Shown in pieces: positions 59,421 through 64,000 of a stretch of 64,000 bases of DNA (the stretch's first letter is position 1; the number at the start of each line of letters is the position of its first letter). A program made the translations under genes and the position numbers. The stretch is from Psammoneis japonica (lineage: Eukaryota). The notes under the pieces were generated by a model. That model was not told the origin of the DNA. It saw nothing but the letters and a program-made list of their open reading frames with translations, and did no database searches. The stretch covers positions 951,607 through 1,015,606 of the forward strand of contig QPGO01000005.1 of the NCBI GenBank assembly GCA_008632985.1, in the 5' to 3' direction.

Positions 59421-60230
59421 TGGCTTTCCATTTTGTTGGAGACATTTGCTCTGCCAGTGCACTTGAACTGCTGCAACAAGGTGATGAACACGGGACAGAG
59501 AAGTTGGAAAAGACAATGTTGCAAGGAGAAGAAGGAAGCTGACAGTGCAAGATGCTGCTCCTGCAAAGTGCACAGCGCAGGCAGCGGGGGAATCGGCGAA
59601 GAGGAGCCAAGGATGGAGCAAGGATGGGATCAAGAAGTGCAATGATCCACATCAGTGGTTGGTGAAAAACAGAGAGAACAACCAAGGATTTGGTGCATGG
59701 TTCAAGGAGAGAAGGTGAGAGAAGACAAACTTGTCCAGGGAGGAAAACAAGAAGCACAAAAGAGAGGAAAAGAGAAAGGAGAGAGAGGGAGGATGGGCAG
59801 CGCCAATGGGTGAGGACCTGCCATTGCAGGCGTTGGCTGCCAGCAACAGAGCGGAAGCAATTGCCACCATGGCAACCAACCAAACTGGTGCATAAACGTA
59901 AATTGCAGCAAACGACAAAATCTAAAAAAAAAAACGAAAAAAAAACATTCTGCAAAGCAGCTCAAAAACAAGAACATGTGGCAGCAGGAAATTTGAATGT
60001 GAGGGCAACACAGCAAAGAGACAAAATGCAGGGCGGCTTGGTGGACAAGGAGGGTGGATCACAAGTGGCAACAAATGTGCCCAAAGAACAAGAAACCGCA
60101 AATGTTAAATGTGGTGTGGAGGATCACCATTGAGTGCAAGAATGATCACACTTGAAAGTGGGAAGAAGCAATTTGGGTGCCAGAAGCTCACAAACTTGCG
60201 CAGTTCTCACATTGTGTTCAAGGATAGATT

Positions 60231-60242
60231 TGGCTCATAAGT
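60231..60242 (-). other. Primer binding site complementary to the tRNA-Met anticodon arm (half-tRNA type)
   Basis: Minus strand reads TGTTGTCA|ACTTATGAGCCA. The plus-strand 'ggctcataa' matches the Met tRNA anticodon-loop sequence. Confidence 0.6.
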
Positions 60243-60516
60243 TGACAACAATCTGGGATTGCAGTCAACAAATGCCCAGATTGTGACAGACAGTCAGAAC
60301 CAGATTGTTGGCACCCCAGATGCACGGCCCCTGACAGAGCACCAAAGGGCAGTGAGGGTGACAGTGTGACAGACTCCCCAAGCACTGGGACTGTGACAAC
60401 ATGAGTGCCAGCAGAAAGAAGTGAGAGGCAGATCTCAGAGAGATCTGCTCGTCCATCTAGATGGTCTGGTCATCATCCATGTGCAATTTGTCCATCGCAG
60501 GATGGGTGGGCTGGCA
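60243..60516 (-). repeat. 5' LTR (274 bp, TG…CA)
   Basis: Starts TGCCAGCCC at 60516, ends TGTCA at 60243 next to the PBS. Homologous to 50512-50701. Confidence 0.8.
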
Positions 60517-60903
60517 CGAAGTTGATGACAGAGATGAGCAACAGGCGGCTGCTCTGTGAAAATCTCATCCGCTGTGTGACCAGCAGAGCCCGAGAGGAGG
60601 GATGACAGAGACACAAACCTCAAAATGTGCAGCAAGTTAAGAATGCTCTCTGTGAGATACAACAAACAGCAAAACTCCATGTTTCAACCAAGCCTGTCTT
60701 CACATGACATGTGCTGAACAAAAAAATGCATGCGCGACTTGCTTACGAGATTTTCAAGTGGCGCTGACACGCGCGTGACGAAGCCCACCAACGCCACATG
60801 CCAACAACACTTCCAAATTCCATCGTCTTTGTTGTTTTAGTTTGCATCGCCCACGCACATCACTCGCAATTAACGTAGGCTAGTCTGTTTCTCACGGTAT
60901 ACA

Positions 60904-62634
60904 ATGGGACGATCAGCTCATGACGAAAAGCGTCACAAAAAATCTAAAAAGAGTTCGAGAAAACGAAAATCACGAGGGCACGACGAACGGCACGAGGAAA
61001 TCGATGAACATGAAAAGTCTCGGCATGCAAAGAAGCAACGTCGATCGCGCTACTCCAGTTCTTCTGAATCTAGTCATGATGATGATTCGTCGAGGAGTTC
61101 TTATTCTCGTAATAGAAAAGTCAAAAAGTCGCATAAAGAATCAAAGAAGCACAAAAAGAAAAAGAGTAGGAAACAGAAAAAGAAGAAACAGAACGAGAAG
61201 AAACCTAAACGAGAAGCAGAACAAACAATACCAGAGCGGATGAAACGAAATTATGAATTGGCGGATGCTCTCGTGCACTTGTTGAATCATCATCCCGATT
61301 TGGCGTCTGATTTGCCAATCATGTTGATACGACTAGCCCGCGGGACAACCTTCAGCTTTGATCCCGCACAAATGCATCCCTCAGTAGCCGAGGGACTGAG
61401 TGCCGTGTTCACTTGCTTGCAGCCCTTTGGAGTTGTATGCCAAGGAGGAACGTGGGCGTGGCAAAACCCCTCTGGGTCGCAACGACAAGGCAAGAATAAT
61501 GATTCTCATGAGCTGGTTTTGGTCAAGATTGTACATGCGTTGCTGAATGAGATTGGTATCAACATTACGGCGTTTCGTCAGTTTGAACAAGACAAACAAA
61601 CGCAGCAAGAAAAAGAACGCAAGAACGATACGGCCATCAAGGAGAAGCGGATGCAGGAGCACGCCAGACTTAAACAAGAAACACAAGATATGTTGAAGAG
61701 CTTTCAGACGAATGGCGAAGACTCACTTGCGAGCGAGTTGATTGGGATTGTAAAGCTCATTCTGGATGGAGAGAGTATCAATGTGAACGGTCTAGCTAAT
61801 CATGAGTTGCGGGATGCTTTGTCATCATTGTTTTTGTCAGTGGGTCTTGAACAGTTTGAAATGGAAAATGATAGCGATGATGAAGAAAGCGAAGAAGAAA
61901 AGGAAATGGGATTTGGGCTTCCGGAAGTAGACGAGCCGCAAGAATCATTAATGGTTCGAAACAATTTATTTGTTATACTGCAGGAATGTCAGCTTCAAAG
62001 CCCCGCTGACGAAACTGCGAACGTGACTACAGCACCCTCGAAATCCGAACCACCTAAACGACGAGTACTAGGTCCTTCCCTACCGTCAGCAGCAGAAGCA
62101 GCAGCCGCCGCGACGAACGATAGTAGCAGTGAAGATGAAGGACCGCTACCTATTGGACAAGCACGTCGCAAACAACCACAGGGACCTGTAATCCAAGCTG
62201 CTCCTCAAGCCAGCGACAATGGGGAAGACCAAGCAAACAAGCGAGAAGAATGGATGATGGTTCCCGGTGAGCATCAATTCTTGCAGGGAATACAATCGAG
62301 TGGTGTGTTGAAGAATCGATCCTTTGTCAACAAGAAAACAAGACACGAGGAACCGGAACAAGTTGTGGATCCTTCTGTCCAAGCCGAAATGGATGCCATT
62401 CACGAGGCTCATGCCGCATCCCGTGGCCCATCATTGATGGACCAACACTTGCAGAACAAGAAGGAACAGCAACTCAAGGAACAAGCAGAAGGAAAGAAAA
62501 AGAATTGGAAATGGAGCCGGCAGGATGACTTGGACAGTGATCGTCGAGTGGATAAGAATGCGTTGCGCATGATGATGGGTGGAGCGCAGACTGACTTGAC
62601 AAATAAGTTCCAAGGAGGCTATGGAAGAGGCTAG
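60904..62634 (+). CDS. GPALPP1/DUF3752-like protein with Lys/Arg/Ser-rich N-terminus
   Basis: 576-aa ORF with 'VLGPSLP', 'GPLP', 'REEWMMVP', 'GPSLMDQH', 'WSRQDDL', 'LTNKFQGG'. Confidence 0.8.
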   Translation: MGRSAHDEKRHKKSKKSSRKRKSRGHDERHEEIDEHEKSRHAKKQRRSRYSSSSESSHDDDSSRSSYSRNRKVKKSHKESKKHKKKKSRKQKKKKQNEKKPKREAEQTIPERMKRNYELADALVHLLNHHPDLASDLPIMLIRLARGTTFSFDPAQMHPSVAEGLSAVFTCLQPFGVVCQGGTWAWQNPSGSQRQGKNNDSHELVLVKIVHALLNEIGINITAFRQFEQDKQTQQEKERKNDTAIKEKRMQEHARLKQETQDMLKSFQTNGEDSLASELIGIVKLILDGESINVNGLANHELRDALSSLFLSVGLEQFEMENDSDDEESEEEKEMGFGLPEVDEPQESLMVRNNLFVILQECQLQSPADETANVTTAPSKSEPPKRRVLGPSLPSAAEAAAAATNDSSSEDEGPLPIGQARRKQPQGPVIQAAPQASDNGEDQANKREEWMMVPGEHQFLQGIQSSGVLKNRSFVNKKTRHEEPEQVVDPSVQAEMDAIHEAHAASRGPSLMDQHLQNKKEQQLKEQAEGKKKNWKWSRQDDLDSDRRVDKNALRMMMGGAQTDLTNKFQGGYGRG

Positions 62635-64000
62635 CTAGCTGTGAATTTATACGCCTTTCCGATTTTTTACAAAGAGTGCCATATTCTGTGCTGCAACCAT
62701 AATGATACGTGCGGCTCGGTTTGTTTGTCAAAAGTAATACACTCGCTACTCTAAATACGGAAGTAGGTACTTCTATTGTCCGAAATTCCCCATCTTTGCG
62801 GGTGCGCTGCTAAAGCAAGTTCTCCACGTAAGGGAAACAGTCAGTATAAAAAGCATATGATCGTTCCTAATGACAATTTTCTCATTCCTTGATCTCATAA
62901 AAAGACACATTGTTGCTTGTATGATTTTTTGAATGCTTGTTTTGATTCATAGTCTGCTTGACCAAGATAGATCAATAATTTTGCTAACAACAACGTAAGT
63001 TCTTAGGGTGTATCTTTTTCTTCGTCTTGAAGCTCGGGGGGAACACAAGAATGAGCAGCCACGCGTAGAGCGTAGAGGTGCGTCTTCACTTTGTACTCGT
63101 TGACACCTCGTCACCACAGATTATGGACTGACGACAATCCTAGATTGATAAGGTACAAGTCGTTCCCGTCCTCCTCTGTAGATCCGAAAGGCCACAAGAA
63201 ACAAAATTAAGACACCGCCTACATGGGAAAGATGGAGACGGAGAATGACATTGTTAGCTTGAAAATCCTCATACCGGCACTGTAAATGCATGATGCATCA
63301 GTGCTGCTTTACATGTAAACACACCTTTCTTTGGTACACATCATTAAGGGTTATCAGCATAACATTCCAGCTAGATTTACACCAGTTTTCGGTCCCCGAT
63401 CGAGGGAGTACTACTAACCGGCACTCGGCAAGGTCATGGACGTCAATACCCAACCCATTGAGCATAACCACTGTCATTATTCTTGATAGTATCAACTGTA
63501 GCTTGCTTGGTTCGGTCCAAAAGGGAGCGTAGGACACGCCACAGCCACGTTCCAATACAAGGAAGAAAATGTATTGAAACGAAATGGTGTCAATACCGAT
63601 GCGATTGTATCAGCCGTTGTTGCCTGTTCAAACTGTTGCCATGGACTAAACACTCTGTCTGTTTGTATTTGAAACGCATGTATCAATTAAAAGGAGTGAG
63701 ATATTGACATAAAGGAGCAATACAAATAAATCATGGCAGAGAGCGACAATGAGCATCAAATCGTGGTGTCAGTGCAAAATCCTTTTTTTATCTTGCAATT
63801 GGCTGCTTACCTTCAAATAAGCAACATAAGTTGTTTCCACATTATGATGGTGAAGACTAGTAGATAGTGTTGGAATTGTTGAAAGGTTCGGCAATAGTCT
63901 AATCTGCCGCTCCAATTCTCATTGTGTTTCCAGTTCGCGGTGTTTGGTGTTTTCAGTGCTTTTTTCAAAACCGTTATCATAGACCTCGCGAAAAAGCATT

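Larger units (their letters stand above)
50512..60516 (-). mobile_element. Decayed Ty1/copia element with both LTRs, interrupted by a large nested insertion
   Basis: pol remnants ~50730-54200: 'WHQ*LEHPSDH' pre-integrase, 'VFLDQGGEL', 'LLHQVNDF' (RQVDD), 'GFGCHTLLGELLHTH', 'FLDAACGND…RSTAGH…SSVEAKF'. LTR copies at both ends in the same orientation. Confidence 0.85.

Noticed and set aside
39461..60860. Classical fungal RIP or plain CpG methylation decay as the full explanation
   Set aside because: RIP increases TpA. CpG decay cannot turn Tyr codons into Cys/His, and block B lost TpA while keeping CpG.
62700..64000. Multi-exon gene on the minus strand
   Set aside because: A GTAAG donor-like site exists (~63810), but I could not build a consistent open frame or recognise a domain.

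Overview
Eukaryotic genomic DNA, most likely a pennate diatom. This is inferred from short GT-AG introns, signal-peptide + 'AF' bipartite plastid presequences and CoDi-like copia elements. The window alternates between two sequence states. (1) Ordinary gene-rich DNA (1-2.3 kb, 11.3-35.6 kb, 47.6-48.7 kb, 60.9-64 kb). It encodes an ABCB half-transporter, an acidic secreted protein, a GNAT-like plastid protein, a fructosamine kinase, RING and RBR E3 ligases, a ClpC-like ATPase, an HDAC-family protein, a carotenoid oxygenase, a STAND-type ATPase, CRAL-TRIO, Mpv17, a small RTX-repeat protein and a GPALPP1-like protein. (2) Four blocks (~2.35-11.25, ~35.7-38.3, ~39.5-47.5, ~48.8-60.8 kb) of nested dead transposons and gene copies that have lost almost all TpA dinucleotides, and in most blocks CpG too. 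Both appear converted to TpG/CpA. Tyr codons read as Cys/His in conserved motifs, TAA/TAG stops are largely gone, and in-window duplicate pairs show TA->TG/CA changes directly. One block lost TpA but kept CpG. The main candidate new system is therefore a repeat/heterochromatin-localised A:T->G:C hypermutation at TpA, opposite in direction to fungal RIP and separable from 5mC deamination. All dinucleotide counts are by eye and all family calls are motif recognition without database searches.
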